In this document: positions 42,611 to 56,834 of the stretch, piece by piece
How positions within the stretch are numbered: the first letter of the stretch is position 1
How the letters are laid out: the number at the start of each line of letters is the position of its first letter
Assembly: GCF_030144855.1 (NCBI RefSeq)
Contig: NC_082706.1
Coordinates: forward strand, 35,278,001 to 35,342,000
From: Hypanus sabinus
Lineage: Eukaryota
Direction: 5' to 3'
Length of the DNA stretch: 64,000 bases
The notes under the pieces: generated by a model
Told to the model about the DNA's origin: nothing
The model's input: only the letters and a program-made list of their open reading frames with translations
Databases searched by the model: none
Program-made: the position numbers and the translations under genes

Positions 42611-43217
42611 CTGTCGGAATGAAGTGGGCAATTAATTGATCACATTTGTAACCACAGCGCTGAGATTAGGACAGATGGAATCACTGTAAAACACTGCTTG
42701 CCTAAAATAAAAGACTTCTATTTACAGCCACTTGGACATTCCAAAACACTTACAGGCAATCTAAATACTTTAGAAAGGCTGTCACTCCGTGTAGTGTTGC
42801 AAATACTAGTAGTCAATTTGCACACAATAAACTTCCATGAATGGACTGTGATAGTAATCGCTATCTATTTTGGTGTTGTTGACCAAAAGACAAATATTAG
42901 TCAAAGTACAGGTTGGAACTCACTTCACAATAATGAAGTGGGGTCCTTTGCATTAATTCTTCACCACACCCACTCACTATTGCAAAGGAGTACAAGTGTA
43001 GGGGTTGTGTTTAAGTCTCTTCTGTGGGACTTAATCGACACCATTCTGACTCAGAGTCAAGTGAGCTATCCATTGAGGACAGCAAGGCCGCCATCACTAT
43101 GCAAGCAGTGACAAAACAAACAATAAGAAACTCTTCAAGTACTGAGAAGGTGACTCTTATATCTGTGATCCGTTAGGGCTGTAGTTGGTGCAGATGGGTG
43201 GTCAAATGTGGCCTTAC

Positions 43218-43322
43218 CATTCAGCTTTTCTCCAAAGAGACTGAGAAACACTGTAAAGTTCATTGGCCCCTTTCCCTCTTTCAGCATCTCCTCCAGTTCT
43301 TCATCCTTTACATTTACCTTGC
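43218..43322 (-). CDS. MYL7: MYL7 exon 4
   Basis: (G)[35 protein letters not shown]; TAG/GTAAG boundaries. Confidence 0.95.
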
Positions 43323-43551
43323 CTACAAAGATAATCATTCAGTTAATATTATATCATTTGCATATTTAAATAATTTAATTGAATTTTTTCCTTACAAAGT
43401 CACTTTGAAGAGACCAAGTAACAGTGTTGGTTACATAATGCAATTCCAGTGCTTTGAAACCAGCCATTTCCAGGAGAAATCCGACAAGCACCGTGAACCT
43501 CAAACTACTGGATAGCCAGTCAGCGGAGAAATGCTTAATATGTTCGCTCAC

Positions 43552-43627
43552 CCAATTGCATGAAGGTCTCTTTCAGATCTTGTTTACTAATGATCCCATC
43601 ACGGTTCTGATCGATGCAGCCAAATGC
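43552..43627 (-). CDS. MYL7: MYL7 exon 3 (EF-hand loop)
   Basis: [26 protein letters not shown]; CAG/GTGAG boundaries. Confidence 0.95.
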
Positions 43628-44770
43628 CTGTTAGTTTATGAAAGAGATTTAATCAATATCTTCTCTGGCATTGCTTGGTGTTATTCATCACTCATAGTTG
43701 ACATTTAATACAGCCCCCAAAAGCAATCCTCCTTGGAAATACTTCACCCTTTAACCCAGCGCTTACTGAAATAATGGTCGCACCATGGGGAAGGAACAGG
43801 GAACCAGGTTGCCAAGGAGAATGGAAACGATTTTAATTTACTGAATGCATTTCATGGCCACATCGGGAGGGTCTTTGGAGACCAGGGAGGCAGAGTCACA
43901 GTGAGGAGAGAGGAGAGATTGGGAGGGAGAGTCTGAGTTAAGATCATTAATTTCTTTTTTGCACATTGGTTGTTGCCTGTCCTGTTGGGTATGGTCCTTC
44001 ATTGATTCTACCATATTACTTGCAGTTACTGTGATTGCCCTCAAGAAAATGAATCTCTGGGGTGTATATGTACTTTGATAATAATCTTACTTTGAGCTTT
44101 AAAAGCTTTGATGAACTGGTGATGAGGAATGATCAATTGTGGATGAGTTGGGGGAATGTGCAGAAAGATCATGGAATTCTGGTCCACAGAGCTGATGGGA
44201 AAAATAAGAGTGAGGAGATAAAAGCATTCCTTGTCAGGTGACGTTGTTAAGAAAGTGGACCACCACTGTTCCAATGGTTTGTGGCCTTGCAAATGTGTCT
44301 GACTTCCCTGACCCTCAAGCTCTTATTCCAACTATCAGCTAACTCCCTCAGGAAAGTCAGCCATCGTCAAGTAGAAGTGGAAAAGGGACAATATCTAAGG
44401 CGTTCAGACTGAAGTCATCATGTTGAAATGAAGGGCTACCAACCTCAAATTGGAAAAAAGGCAAAGGCAGCAATTACATGGGAACCCTACGAACTATGTA
44501 CCATTCTGACTTGGAAACTTCCATCACTGGCTCACCATCGCGGGCTCTAAATCCTTAAACTGCCTACCTGAAAAAAGCCATCAGAAGGCAAATGGAGTTA
44601 AATTCAGGTAAGTGTGAGGTGTTGCATCTTGGGAAGACTACTCAGGGTAGGACTTCCACAGTGAAAGGCAGGGCACTAGGGAGTTTGGTAGAACACAGGA
44701 CTTCATCCCCTGAAAAGATACAGACATGGTAGTGAAGAAGGCTTTTGGAATGTTTGCCTTCATAAATCAG

Positions 44771-44983
44771 TGATGCACCATCAATAACTCACACTGAGAC
44801 GTAAGGCGAGATATCGGCTTTTATTGACTGGAAGAAGGAACCAGGAGTGAGTGTCTATCATACAATGTCCTGGAGACTGAGGCCGAGCGTCAGGCCTCAG
44901 ATCGCCTTTATACAGGGGCCTGTGGGAGGAGCCACAGGAGCAGTCAGCAGGGGCGTGTCCCGACAGGCACATAGTTCACCACA
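44771..44983 (-). mobile_element. Solo LTR of the same Gypsy family, in MYL7 intron 2
   Basis: Reverse complement of 56835-57048 with ~5 differences. TG...CA ends; 5-bp TSD ATCAG at 44766-44770 and 44984-44988. It interrupts a CR1 fragment. Confidence 0.96.
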
Positions 44984-45729
44984 ATCAGAACATCAAGAAC
45001 AGAAGTTGGAATGTTGTGTTGCGGTTGTGCAAGATGATGGTGCAATTGCATATGGAATATTGTCTTCAGTTCCGGGCGTTCTGCTGTCAGAAAGATGCCA
45101 TGAAGCCAGGAAGAGAGCAGGAAAGATTTTCAAGGGTGCTGGCAGAACTTAAGGATTGAGTTAGAGAGAAGTTGTGCAGACTAGAACGTTATTCATTGCA
45201 GTGTAGAATCATGAAGGGTGATTTTATAGAGATGGATAAAATCATGAGGGATATTGATAGGGTGAACGCAAGCAATCTATTTCACAGGGTTTGGAAATCA
45301 AGAATTAGAGGATGTGGTTTTAAAGTGAAAGGGAAGAGACAATATGAGACTGAGGGACAACTTTTTCACCAAGAGGCTGGTCAATATATGAAACGAGCTG
45401 CCAGAGGAAGTGGTTGAGGCAGGTACATTAACAACATCTAAAAGACACTTGGGCACGTACATGAATTGGAAGGTTTTAGAGGGACTATTCCAAGCAGTTT
45501 GCTGTGCATGCATGCTACAATTTTCTGATCATATAGTGAAAATTGGAGATATTGCAGATAGGTATCAAAGCAGATTATCAAGGAGGCACAAGAACAATCA
45601 AAAAAGGAGAAGGAAATTGGGTAAGGAGATTCAGTATGTGAACAGTCTGTGGGGAAGATGAATTTCAGGGTTGTATGCTGTATACATCCTTTGATAAATA
45701 AACATACTTTGAATCTTTGAACTCCTCAC

Positions 45730-45834
45730 CTCTTTAAACTCCTGAATTTGAGATTGTTCAAACATGGAGAAGACGTTGGATGAGTTCCGTTGGGTGTGTT
45801 TGGTTGAACCTTTCCTTGCTGCTTTCCTGCTTGC
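45730..45834 (-). CDS. MYL7: MYL7 exon 2
   Basis: ASRKAARKGSTKHTQRNSSNVFSMFEQSQIQEFKE; TAG/GTGAG boundaries. Confidence 0.95.
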
Positions 45835-48800
45835 CTACCAATGGAACAGGCAGAGCAAAGGGTAGGGTATCAAACCATAATTTCTGTGACACCTTTATCA
45901 TGTCATCAGTCAAATATAAATTATTGTAAGGCTTGCTACTTTATGTAAAGAAAACATAATTATTAAAAATAAGATCATTACAAGAAAAAGGTTATCTTTA
46001 TGTACAACAAAACATTGAAGCATACAGTGAAATGTGTTGTCTGCGTCGACAGCCAACTGTCTGAATATATGCTGGGAGAAGCCCTCAGTATTTCCAGCAC
46101 CAGCATGGCATGCCCACAACTTACCCTAACCTGTACATCTTTGGAACATGGAAGGACACTGGAGCACCCAGATGAAACCCACGCAGTCGTGGGGAAAACG
46201 TACAAGCTCCTTACAGACAGCAGTGGGAATTGAACCCTGATCACTGATTGCTGGTGCTATAAAGCATTACGCTAACGTACTGACCATAAATATTAAATTG
46301 TTGATGAAAGAGATTAAGATCAGGTTGACTAATTTTAAATAAAATTTGGAAAAAGAAACTTCTATCTTGCTCATCCAAGTTCTTTAGCCAAACAAAGTCT
46401 TCTGCAGACATCACCGCACCAATACTTCCATAGCAGTTCCAGAACCATCATTCTTATTTCAATATATGTAGATTATATCCTCAGTAATGATGTGATGAGA
46501 AAGTAATTTCTTTTTAACTTTTAGTCAAGTTCTTACACAATATATTTTGTTCCCAATGAACTTTACTGTTACCCAATTCACATTTACTGAATATTTTCAG
46601 TAAAAGGTAGGTCATCTGATTTCCTTAGCTGGTAAGTTCCCCTTCATTGTGCATAAATCTGCTGTTTTTTTCCCATTATATGTTACACAAAAACTAAACT
46701 CTATCATGCCTGTTCTAATTTAGTTTTGTTGTCACCAGACTACATGATTATATTACTACCATACATTGTCAATATCTGCAATTCACTGTCATACAACTCA
46801 GGGCCAGCTAGTCCTTTCTGTAAATCACAAGGGTTCTCTAGAACTATAAAACAGAACTCCAGCAGTAGCAGATTGATGATGTTTCCAAATTCAGTTTTAA
46901 CCAGTACCTTGCAAAAAGGAGCTGTTTAATATTCTAGAATTTTTCATATAATTTATCTCCATCAGATTTGCTAAAAAAAAATACTCCCCACCTGTTTCTC
47001 ACATTCATCTGAATAGAAAAATGCTCTTAACATTGCAGGAAAGCCAGTTCAAGTATGTTCTTAATTAAATTGCAATTTCTTAAAACTGACAAGTGCAGAA
47101 CTCTGATGTGAAAAATACTTGTATGAGTTTTTAATATTTTAAAGTAAGTTTTACAATAATCTAGCTTTCAACAACTGTATTTACAGAGTACTGCCGACAT
47201 TGTAAAACATGCTGAAGTTATCAAAGTAGATTTATCAAGAGAGACGGAGAGTATCTGAGAGAAAAAAAGAGACAGAGACAGAGAGAAAAGGAAGGGAATT
47301 CCAGGATTTAAGATCCAGCAAACTTAAGCCATGAGCAACTACTGATGGAGCAAGAGGTCAAGATTTGAGGAGATCAGGGTTTCAGAATAGGGATTCAGGT
47401 ACTTAGAATGTTATTTGGTGTGATGCCATGTAATGTATAGATAATTAAGCACCAAAGTGATTAAATAGTTTAGTAATATGATATGAGTTATATTAAATAA
47501 AATTAAATGTTTTCTATTTATTAAGGGAAGCTGTCACCAATAGTAACTGCATATATTTGAAGGAAGTGCTGTTGAGCATAATTACAATGGTTGATGAAAG
47601 ACTGGTTTTGTCATTTCCATGGACAAATGCGCTCTGTAAGAAAGAAGATTCACTGTAATAACGGAAAGAGCCAGGAAATGGCTATTTGGCCCCTCTTGTT
47701 ACCTTTGTCATTCAGTAATCTTTTACCTAAGTATCACTTTCTAGCAGTAATGTGATATTTTATTCCCCTGAACAACCAGTTGGTTTCTGTCTTGAATGTA
47801 CTCAGCTGCTCAGCATCCAAATTCTTGTTTAGTGAATTCCAAAGATGACTAAAATTCCTTTTCATCTCTGTCTCTAATGACCAATCTTATCTAGACTATT
47901 AACTCCACAGTCCTGGGAATTTTCAACCTCGCTTCCACCATCAAGCCTTGTAAGAATTTTGTATGTTTTAGTGAGATTATCTTTTATTCTTCTAAACTCA
48001 GGAGAGTTACAGACATAACCTGCTTTGTCATTCCTCATAGGACAAACTGCCAGTCCAGGAAGAAATCAGTGAATCTCGTCTGCACTGCCTCTATCGCAAA
48101 TATAGCTTTCCTTAGGTAAGGAGACCAGACTGATATACAATGTTCCAGTTACAAGCCTCCATAACATTCAGAGAAAAATGCTTCGCTGTTGTACTCAGAT
48201 CCTGTTCCAATAAAGCCAACATCCTTGCTTTTCAGAGTTAAGTGTACAAGCGCATCTAGGTCTCCCTGAAAATCAACAACTTTTAATCTTTAACCATTTA
48301 AAAGTTACTTTTTATCTACCAAAATGTAATTGAGAAAAAAAATTGCCTTTTCATGTTATTTACTTTAAAGTATTTATCGATGTAGTTGCAGTACAGAGCA
48401 GATTTTTAATCTTTCAATGTAAAAAAATATTAGAACTGATCAAAAATATTAGTAATTCACATCTGCAAATAAAAATAAACAATAGAGCAGATACCGGCAG
48501 TAAAAACAAAAGGCTCTGAATAATGTCTTATAAAAAGATCTTGTCTGCTTTGATATTAATGTTACAACTAACTTTTAAAATTTCCCTTGCAGTTTTTTTT
48601 ACACTGCGCGGAATAATAAATAGTGATCTTGTACTTTATACTTCTGAGATCTGGAATCAGTATTTCAGAGTTAAAATATGGACAAATTTCATCAAGGGTT
48701 CCATATTTCCTTTGGTCAAGATCGTTTAATCTGTTAGAAGGATCTTGATACAAAAAGTAGGAGAAGCACACATACATTGTATAAAGGTATAGTTTGCAAT

Positions 48801-48895
48801 TGCTTTAATTATGTTTGATCTTGACCATTTGCAACATGGAAAGAAAATTCTGGCTTAAGGGAGATACAGAACAAACAAAATATTTTATCACTTAC

Positions 48896-48898
48896 CAT
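48896..48898 (-). CDS. MYL7: MYL7 exon 1 (ATG only)
   Basis: AAAATG|GTAAGT. An ATG-only first coding exon is typical of the MYL2/MYL7 family. TATA box lies ~55 bp upstream. Confidence 0.8.
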
Positions 48899-48944
48899 TT
48901 TACTTAGCTGATGTTGAATACAAATGCTAGTGTCAGATCACTTT

Positions 48945-49060
48945 TGTCCTATATAGTCTTCTTTATCTCTTTGTTCCTAAAATGGGCACACACTGATGGA
49001 TAGAGACCATACAAGGAAATATGCAACCTAGTATCTGACTGTCACAGGACTCTGATAAAA
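48945..49060 (-). promoter_or_regulatory. MYL7 proximal cardiac promoter
   Basis: TATATA at 48950-48955, AGATAA (GATA) at ~48963-48968, perfect CArG CCTAAAATGG at 48976-48985, CArG-like CCATACAAGG at 49007-49016, TGATAA at 49053-49058. Confidence 0.75.
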
Positions 49061-50469
49061 GAAATTCCTTCTCTACAGTCCAGATAGTGTAAAGAGGGTT
49101 TAACATTCCAGAGTAACATTAAACCTTTAAATCCACATTATCAATTTAGTATACTATTTACATAGATGACTTGATGAACTGGGATGCCATTTAGCTAGTG
49201 TCCAAGTTAAACCACTGTCAGACTGGATATCTGTATCACTGGTGTGCTTGAGCTATATTCAACATCGGTCATGTACAATTAGCATACTACAATGTAGTTA
49301 GCTGCCTCAGAATGCCTTAATTTTAATGCAACTTCTTGATTCAAAAGTTTTGGGGGTTCAGATCTAAGAGTATAATTTAGGTAGAGCAGTGCTACCTCAT
49401 TGAGTATGTTGCATTTTCTAATAAGATGCTAAATTTAAATCCCATATTTCAGTTAATCTCATTACAAGCTCCTCAAATAGAATTTTGCATCCTATATCTT
49501 TAATTCCTCCAGTCTGGATTCCTGTCCGTCATGTTAACAAAATTATTCATTCCAGAATCACAAATGCATTTCTTCCAATTTGGAAGATAATAAAGGTAAT
49601 CCATCTTACTTTGTCTTTTAACTGCAACTTTCTACCACTCTCCTTCATTGCTATCTAGCTGAGTGAGAACTCATTGGATTCTACTTTTGCACGTCTAGTC
49701 ATAGCCAGAATGAATCTCTTGTATTGGTTTCTCTTCCTTCCTCCCCCAAAACAACCTAAATGTTCTCTTTTTTATCACTTGAACACAGGGCAAAGGTAAC
49801 ATCATCTGAAAGTATGGCGTTAATTTCTCTAGGTAGGCTGGTGACAACTGATTCCACCTCAACACCAACTCCTCCACAGTCTCAAAATAGTTTAGCTCTT
49901 CTGATGTTCAATATTAGATTAGCAGAATTTTTCCATCAAATATAGGGGTGAGATAAGTCACTATAGAAATCTCCAATGCAGACGTCTTTCTGTAACTGCC
50001 AAATCCACCCTTTTCCAGGAATTTGTTGGAAAGAGAACAAGACTGAACCATGGTTTCACATTTCACTGATAGGAGTTTCAGGATTTCTAGCTACCTTTGT
50101 CAATATACTGAAATCTGTTGTTTCCAGCCTCGATGTATCTATTTCTAGATTTGATTATTCTTCATACATCTGAGGTAATCCAAAAACCCTGCCGCTCTTG
50201 CAGCAAGTCCCTTTCAGCTTTCTCTTCTTGGTTTGCCAACTACACTGGCTCTCAGTTAAGCAATCTCTCTATATCCTTCAGTACTACAATCTCTGAGATA
50301 GTTGCACTTTATCTATTGAGGATGATCACTCCACCACTAAACAATCCATCTTTCACTGCCAAGGTTCTAAGCACTGGAATTCCTAAGCATGCTACCTTTC
50401 TAAATTTGACTAGTTTTTCTTTCATGACTACCATACCTATTTATATATTACTTATTATATATTTAGGTA

Positions 50470-51440
50470 TTGACCAGCACATCAGTCGCTGTAACTTCTG
50501 CAATTTCCAACGGTATCTTACTGCTAAACACATCTTTCCTTCCAACATCACTGTCTCCATAGGGATAGCTCCTTAGGTGACTCCCTTAACCACTTGTCCC
50601 ATCCCACTGATCTCCCTTCTGGTGGTACAAGTGCTACACCTGCCCTTATACCTCCTCCATCACCAGAATTCAGGATCTAAAACAATCCTTCTATGTGAAG
50701 GAACACTTCACCTGTGAGACTGTCGCAGTCACCTTTAGTTTCTGTGAGGCCTCCTCTACATCAAGGAGGCACAGCACAGATTGGGGGACTGCTGTGTCGA
50801 GCAATTTTCTCCATCCATCATCAAAGGAGTAATTTTCCTGTGGTTACTCATTTCAATTCAACGTCCCATTCCTATTCTGACACGTCTGACCATGGCCACC
50901 TTTACTCTCATGATGAGGCCAAACTCAGGATGGAGGAGAAATACCTAATATTCCAACTGGGTGGCCTCCCAGATAAAATATGATGGTATGAATATTGATT
51001 TCTCTAACATAGTAATTTTTCTCCCCTCCTTTCTTCTCTATTTTTCTATTCCTCATTCTTATTATTCCTCATTTTTTCCTCACTTGCCCATTGCCTCCCA
51101 CTGATTTCCCTTCTTCTACCCTTTCTTCTGTGGTCCACTATCCTCTGCTATTGGATTCCTTCTTCGTCAGCTCTTCCACCTATCACTTCCCAGCTTCTTA
51201 ACTTCATCTCCCCCTCACCCATCCACCAACATTACACCCTTCTCCTCAACATCTCTTCCCCTCTCTTTACCTTTTTATTCTGGCTTCTGCTCCCCACCTC
51301 TCCACTCGTGATGAAGGGTCTCATCCTGAAGCGTTGACTGTTTATTTCCCTCTATAGAGGCTGCCTGATTTTCTGAGTACATCCAGCATTTTGTGTATGC
51401 TGCTCTAGATTTCCTGCATCAACAAAGTCTATTGTGTTTA
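50470..51440 (+). mobile_element. Penelope 3' fragment
   Basis: GIY-YIG-region remnants (PVVTHFNS, LRMEEKYLIFQLG), polypyrimidine tract, degenerate hammerhead motif at ~51305-51340. Confidence 0.75.
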
Positions 51441-54400
51441 TATCTACTTACATGTCTCAGTGTTGAATGTTGCCAAGAATGCTCTTATGGAACTATCTGA
51501 GACATATTGCATGAGTTAATGGTGTTATCTGTTAAGATTTATATTAAAAGATCCTGTGTCATTGTTCTGCAAACCTGTAATTCTACCACCTCATTGACTA
51601 TATAAATAATCCAAACGTTAGCTTGATAAGTCATATTCACAATAACATATTTGTGGTCAGATTTATGCTTAAAAATAATATTTATTATAATTTTTCACTA
51701 CTGTACTTTTGAATCTCTCTGGCTTAATAGAGGGCAATACAGCTTCATACTATGCAACGTGCTACAATTAGCATCGCATGTTTTCATAGATATGTGAAAT
51801 AAAAGGAGAAATAAATAATCAAAAAGATGTAATTTAATCCTTGTAGGACTGATATTTTTAATTAGTAATATACAGTAACAAGTACTGTTTAACAATACAA
51901 GAAATGATGCCATAAAGGACCAAGTAATATCCACCTTTGTAATTTTCATAATAAAATTATGAAGCTGTGTGTTAATGTGAATTATTCCCTTCCAATTAGT
52001 CTACCAGAGAACAGGACACCAAGGAATACTCCAAGCATTGTTGCCTGGTTTATCTTTTTTTTTGTTGATGTTAGAAATTTTCCCTTTCTACACTAATCCA
52101 TTTGTAGCCCAACCTAACCAGGGTTTGGCTCATCTGGGGGTTGTGAAACTGGAAACAAATCAGATTAACCACTAAATATGTAATGCCACATTTGGGAGAA
52201 ATTAAATCAGACACAAAGCATTTTATTTGTGTATTTATTATTTATGTTAGCCACAATGTAACTTTTTTATTTATTAATCTACTCACCATCCTGATTCATG
52301 CAATATTCCTAGAAATTAATCACAATATCCAAAATCATTCATGGATAGCACAATACTTAAGATACTTGGCTGTCACTTAGAGTGTACCAATGCTAATAGT
52401 TCACAGGAAAGAACATTCTCACTTTCAGTGAGAATTATAATTGGTATGCAAGAGTTGGTGTAAGAACTAAACATGATTTGATTGTGATGATATTAAGGTG
52501 GTGATTATCTGGAAAAAAATTAAGTCAGTGCATCACAAGTTTAGTGATGAAGTTAAGAATGATCTTCAACATAAATATTGACACTATTAAAACCTGTAAA
52601 AAATTAAGTAAATTAATTTAATACAAAATGTTGTCTTCTTGTATTCCTTCCCTCAGAGCAGTGAGATTTTATTCCAGAGACTGACTTCTTTCTGGAACTA
52701 TGGCCCACAAGATGAGACCATTTGGTCTGGGCCCAGTCCCACTTTAGTCCTAGCTGTCTATTTGCATGACTGGTAATTCCTACTGGCCAACAGCCCCCAG
52801 GAATCCCAAGGACAGCCACAACTCTTTAAAAGGTATGGCCCATAACACACATAAGATGGAGGTTTGGGCTGAAGACCCAAGATAGGACTGGAACCTCCCT
52901 GCCATCCACCTGGCCATCTGGAACTCCCTGACTCTAGGGCTGAGTCTAGAGACCCAGGGATAAGAGCAAAATTAGTAATAGGCCATGCATCCCTTCACAT
53001 CCGTTCTGTTGTCCATTAAGATCATGGATGATCTACCTCAGTTGCATTTCCCACTACCATCCCTTGATCCTCTTACAACCCAGAATAATCACAATGACCG
53101 AGCCTCTGGAGGCAGACAGTTCCAAAAATGGGATACCCAGGGACCACATTTGATCCAGAAGATGGAACTGAGCTTGAGTTCAGATCCAGCCCTAGACCCG
53201 CTAGAAAACTGAAGTACTAGTGGGCATATGACTGCAGTGTATAATACTAAGATACAATATTGGTGGTCACTGTTAAATATATTTGGAGATGCAATACAGT
53301 AAATGTTAATTCGATAGCAACCAACCTTCAGATCTGAATATGGATTGTAGATTCAATTTAAAATGCAGCTCGGAACAGGAAACATCCAATTGACTTGAGA
53401 TGTCTGCATATGAATGAGTGCAATCAACACCCCATTGCACAAATACGACTCAGAGACCATAACAATTAACACTCATTTTGGGTGCATTTGGATCCAACCA
53501 TTTGAAAAATTACGTTTAACTCAAATGACGGCATTGTAATTATACAACTTGTCCTGTTATCTTTGTTCTTTTACATGTTGCGAAAGGGAATCTCTACATC
53601 TGTCTGTGTCTCGCGCTCTCATGACTCCAAAGCTTGCCAGCTTGTGTGTGTCCCAAACAGAGACTTTTATATCTTCCAGCTGCTTCTCTCTGCTGACTAT
53701 GTTCACAGTTACAAAATTCGGGGGCTCGTCCTAGGATATGTTCGTGGCCCATCATGTGGCCAGCGATCTCAGCAGTGGGTGAGTATTTTCAAATTAGTAC
53801 TTACACTTGGTTCTGTGTAGTAGGTCAGTGACCACGGGATCATGACATATCAAGAATGCGGAGGAGAGCTGAACTGCTAGATATAAGAGCAGTATGGTGA
53901 TGACATTTTTGTGTAATTTGGTGAGACAGGGCCACCAGTTGCGGAGGAAGGTTACCTTCAGGCCGCCAGTGAGATGCATGTATTCTCATTCGGGGAAACT
54001 GTACAGCAGCACAAGTGTGTTTGTGTCTTTAAATAAGTCTGTAACCTTGGTGCAAGTTTCTAAATGCAAATGAATACAGCAGACATTATGAGTTCAGATT
54101 GCAGAGTATGAACTCTGCAGTTTTAAATATGCACTGTTTAATTTTTATACATCACCCATATTTTACATTGTTAGGGTATTTATTAGCGTGGAGACACTTG
54201 ATGGAGAGGTTATATCCAGACATATCCGTCAGGACGGCACTGGTTGAGGTTAGACAACGTCAGGCAGTGCCAGCCCTTGACCTTGATGATGACCATCCAT
54301 AAGTCCTTCACTCGGGGGAGAAGCAGAGCAGTTAGTAGAATTGAACTCACTTAAAATTGTCTGTGCGAATGTAGAATTCTGGTGCAAGCTCGAGGGAATG

Positions 54401-56834
54401 ATTGAAATTCACTAGATGCTCCTCGAGGAATTACATGTGATGGTAAAAGCGAAGTGTCCGAGGAATAGGGGCAATGTCCGAGAACACCAGCAATGAAGAG
54501 AGATATTGCTTCTTTAAGGGAAGGCAGTAACTGGGGTATGTGAGAGTAACTGGGGAAGGATAACATCAATGGTTCAGCTGATGGGACCGCGCTGGATAAT
54601 GCAGAATGAAATATCGAGCGTAGGGGTAGTGTTCGGGGTTAGATAATTCAGGGAGGGATGACCCAGTCTTCTTGAAAATGGTGAAGGGAGGCCTCTCAGC
54701 CCACCAGAAAGTTTTAGACTTGGGGATAGCGGTACCCTGCAATAGTATCATGGGCCAGTGCCATGACCAGAGGAGGGGGAAGGTGAATGGTAAAGTAGCT
54801 GCTGTGATGTCACAAAGGTCTTGCTTTGTGTGTCAGTAACCAGGGTAGCGAGCAAGGAACGGCTGGAATGGACGTGGGAGGCGGGAGATGATTTGTTACA
54901 AATGTGGCTTCTCAGGTCATGGTAGGAAAGTGTGCGAGTCACTCACCTACGCAGGCAGAACACCCAGCAGCCCCCTCCCTTTCTGATCTGCCTGCTGACC
55001 AGATTATAGAGCTGGAGAGGTCAGACAAACGATCGGTGTTGGTCATCCAGGGAAATTCACAAAGAGCCAGCAATGTGAAATGTTAGTGGACACAGGGTGC
55101 TCACGACTGGAGAGGCGATTTACATTACCCGTGGAGGAGGTGAAACAATGGGGGCAGAGAGAAATCAGCCCCAGGTACTTGAGATTGAGAGAGTGCAGCT
55201 TCCTGGAGATTTCTGGAGTCTTTCCTAATAACGAGAATGCTTTCCTAAGGGAGGCAGGGGCCGTTATAGATTACAGGGAGAAATAACATGGACGAGCCAA
55301 GGGCAGCGAAAACGTACAACCAAAAGAGTACACAACCTCGCCAGCATAACCGCAGCTCTCCGATCATCAAGACGGGGTCTATGGGCTACTTCGTCAGCAG
55401 TTCCCAGCAGTGTGGGATAGACACAAGCAAGATTGTGGTCGAGTGGCTCAGTTAAAAACCTCATAAAGCTGATGCCCTGGCAGTAGTTCAGTGTATAGTG
55501 AGGGAACTAAAACACCTGGGCTGTCAACCACTAACTCGCCTGTAATTATAAGAGACCACGTCGAGACTGCATCTCATTGTGGCGGGCCCTGTTACAATCC
55601 TGAATGGCCTGTCTCCAGAACATAACGTTTTCTCAGTCCTAGATATCGCTAATAGATTTTGGGGACTCCCCTTAGCACCCGAGTCTTCAGACTGATTTAT
55701 CTTCACCCTGGGTGGGCAGCGGTATAACGTGGGCACAATAGCCCAACCAGTTTTCCTTAAAATCGTGGCTCAGACTTTGGAAAACGCCCTACCGGCCGAC
55801 CAACTTACAATATGTAGATGATCTACTAACCGCTTCGGAAGCTGAAGCACGTGAATAAGGGGTATAGCCAGTGTTTGAAAGATACCGCGTGTTAAGGGGT
55901 TTAAAATTAGTCCACACAAGGCTCAGATAGGAAAGCAAACAGTACAGGAAGGACATGTCAGATGACAGATATTCTGCCATCAGCTCCATGCCCCGCCTGG
56001 TAAACGTAGGGGTAGTGAGGAAGGCAATGGGTCCTTTCAAACACTGCCGTAATTTCATAGCAGGGTTCTCAGCACTAGTGGCTCCCATACATTAATTTAA
56101 GGAGGGAAACCGCAAGTAAGAAGGGAGTGAGATGAGAAAAAGGCAGTGTTTGCTCCCAGATGGATAGAACCGTAAGAGGTGCTCAGGACGAATGATACCT
56201 GTGTTGGTGTACAGACCCGGTGAGGCCGCCAGTGGAAACAGTGGACTCAGTTTGACTCACCTTGACAGAGCGTGTGTACCCGGTAACAGTGTCATTACAG
56301 AGAACCGGCTGCATCACACCAGACCCACACAAACACAAAAGCAGAAGACACCGAGAGAAGGTGACAGCAAACGGCAAACAGCACATTGAAGTATAACGGT
56401 GACTGTACTCTGTAATGAAGGCTGGTTGCGGAAGGAAGATGATTAGTTGTATAGCTCAGAACAGGAAAAAAATATTGGGCAAAATAGATGGGAAGAAAGC
56501 CCAGTTGTAGCAGAGTCATCAGGTACCACAACTTCGATGGCATGGTGGACTGAGAACGAGAAGAAATTACACAGGGCATCTGAAGGCAGTCACTCCAGCC
56601 TGAATGGGGCGGGGGAGTGAATACAAATGAGCTGGCCCTTTCAGTGGTCGGGCCAGCGATCGACTGGACAGTCCATTAGGGGGCGCCACCAGGGAGAGGT
56701 CCTTGCAGTCATTCATATAGAGACACCCCAACCCCTTCTGTACATCCATGAGAGGGTCTAAGAGACTAGTTGACAATCTCCTGCTCCGCCATGGAGTGTG
56801 ACCTGTCGCCTGTGAGCCTGATACACTTACCTGG

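Noticed and set aside
49300-50470. Unique conserved element or gene upstream of MYL7 (152-aa ORF 50118-50576)
   Set aside because: The minus strand shows faint LINE endonuclease-like remnants (IGDF, ETW-like), so it is probably an ancient LINE. Too degraded to call.
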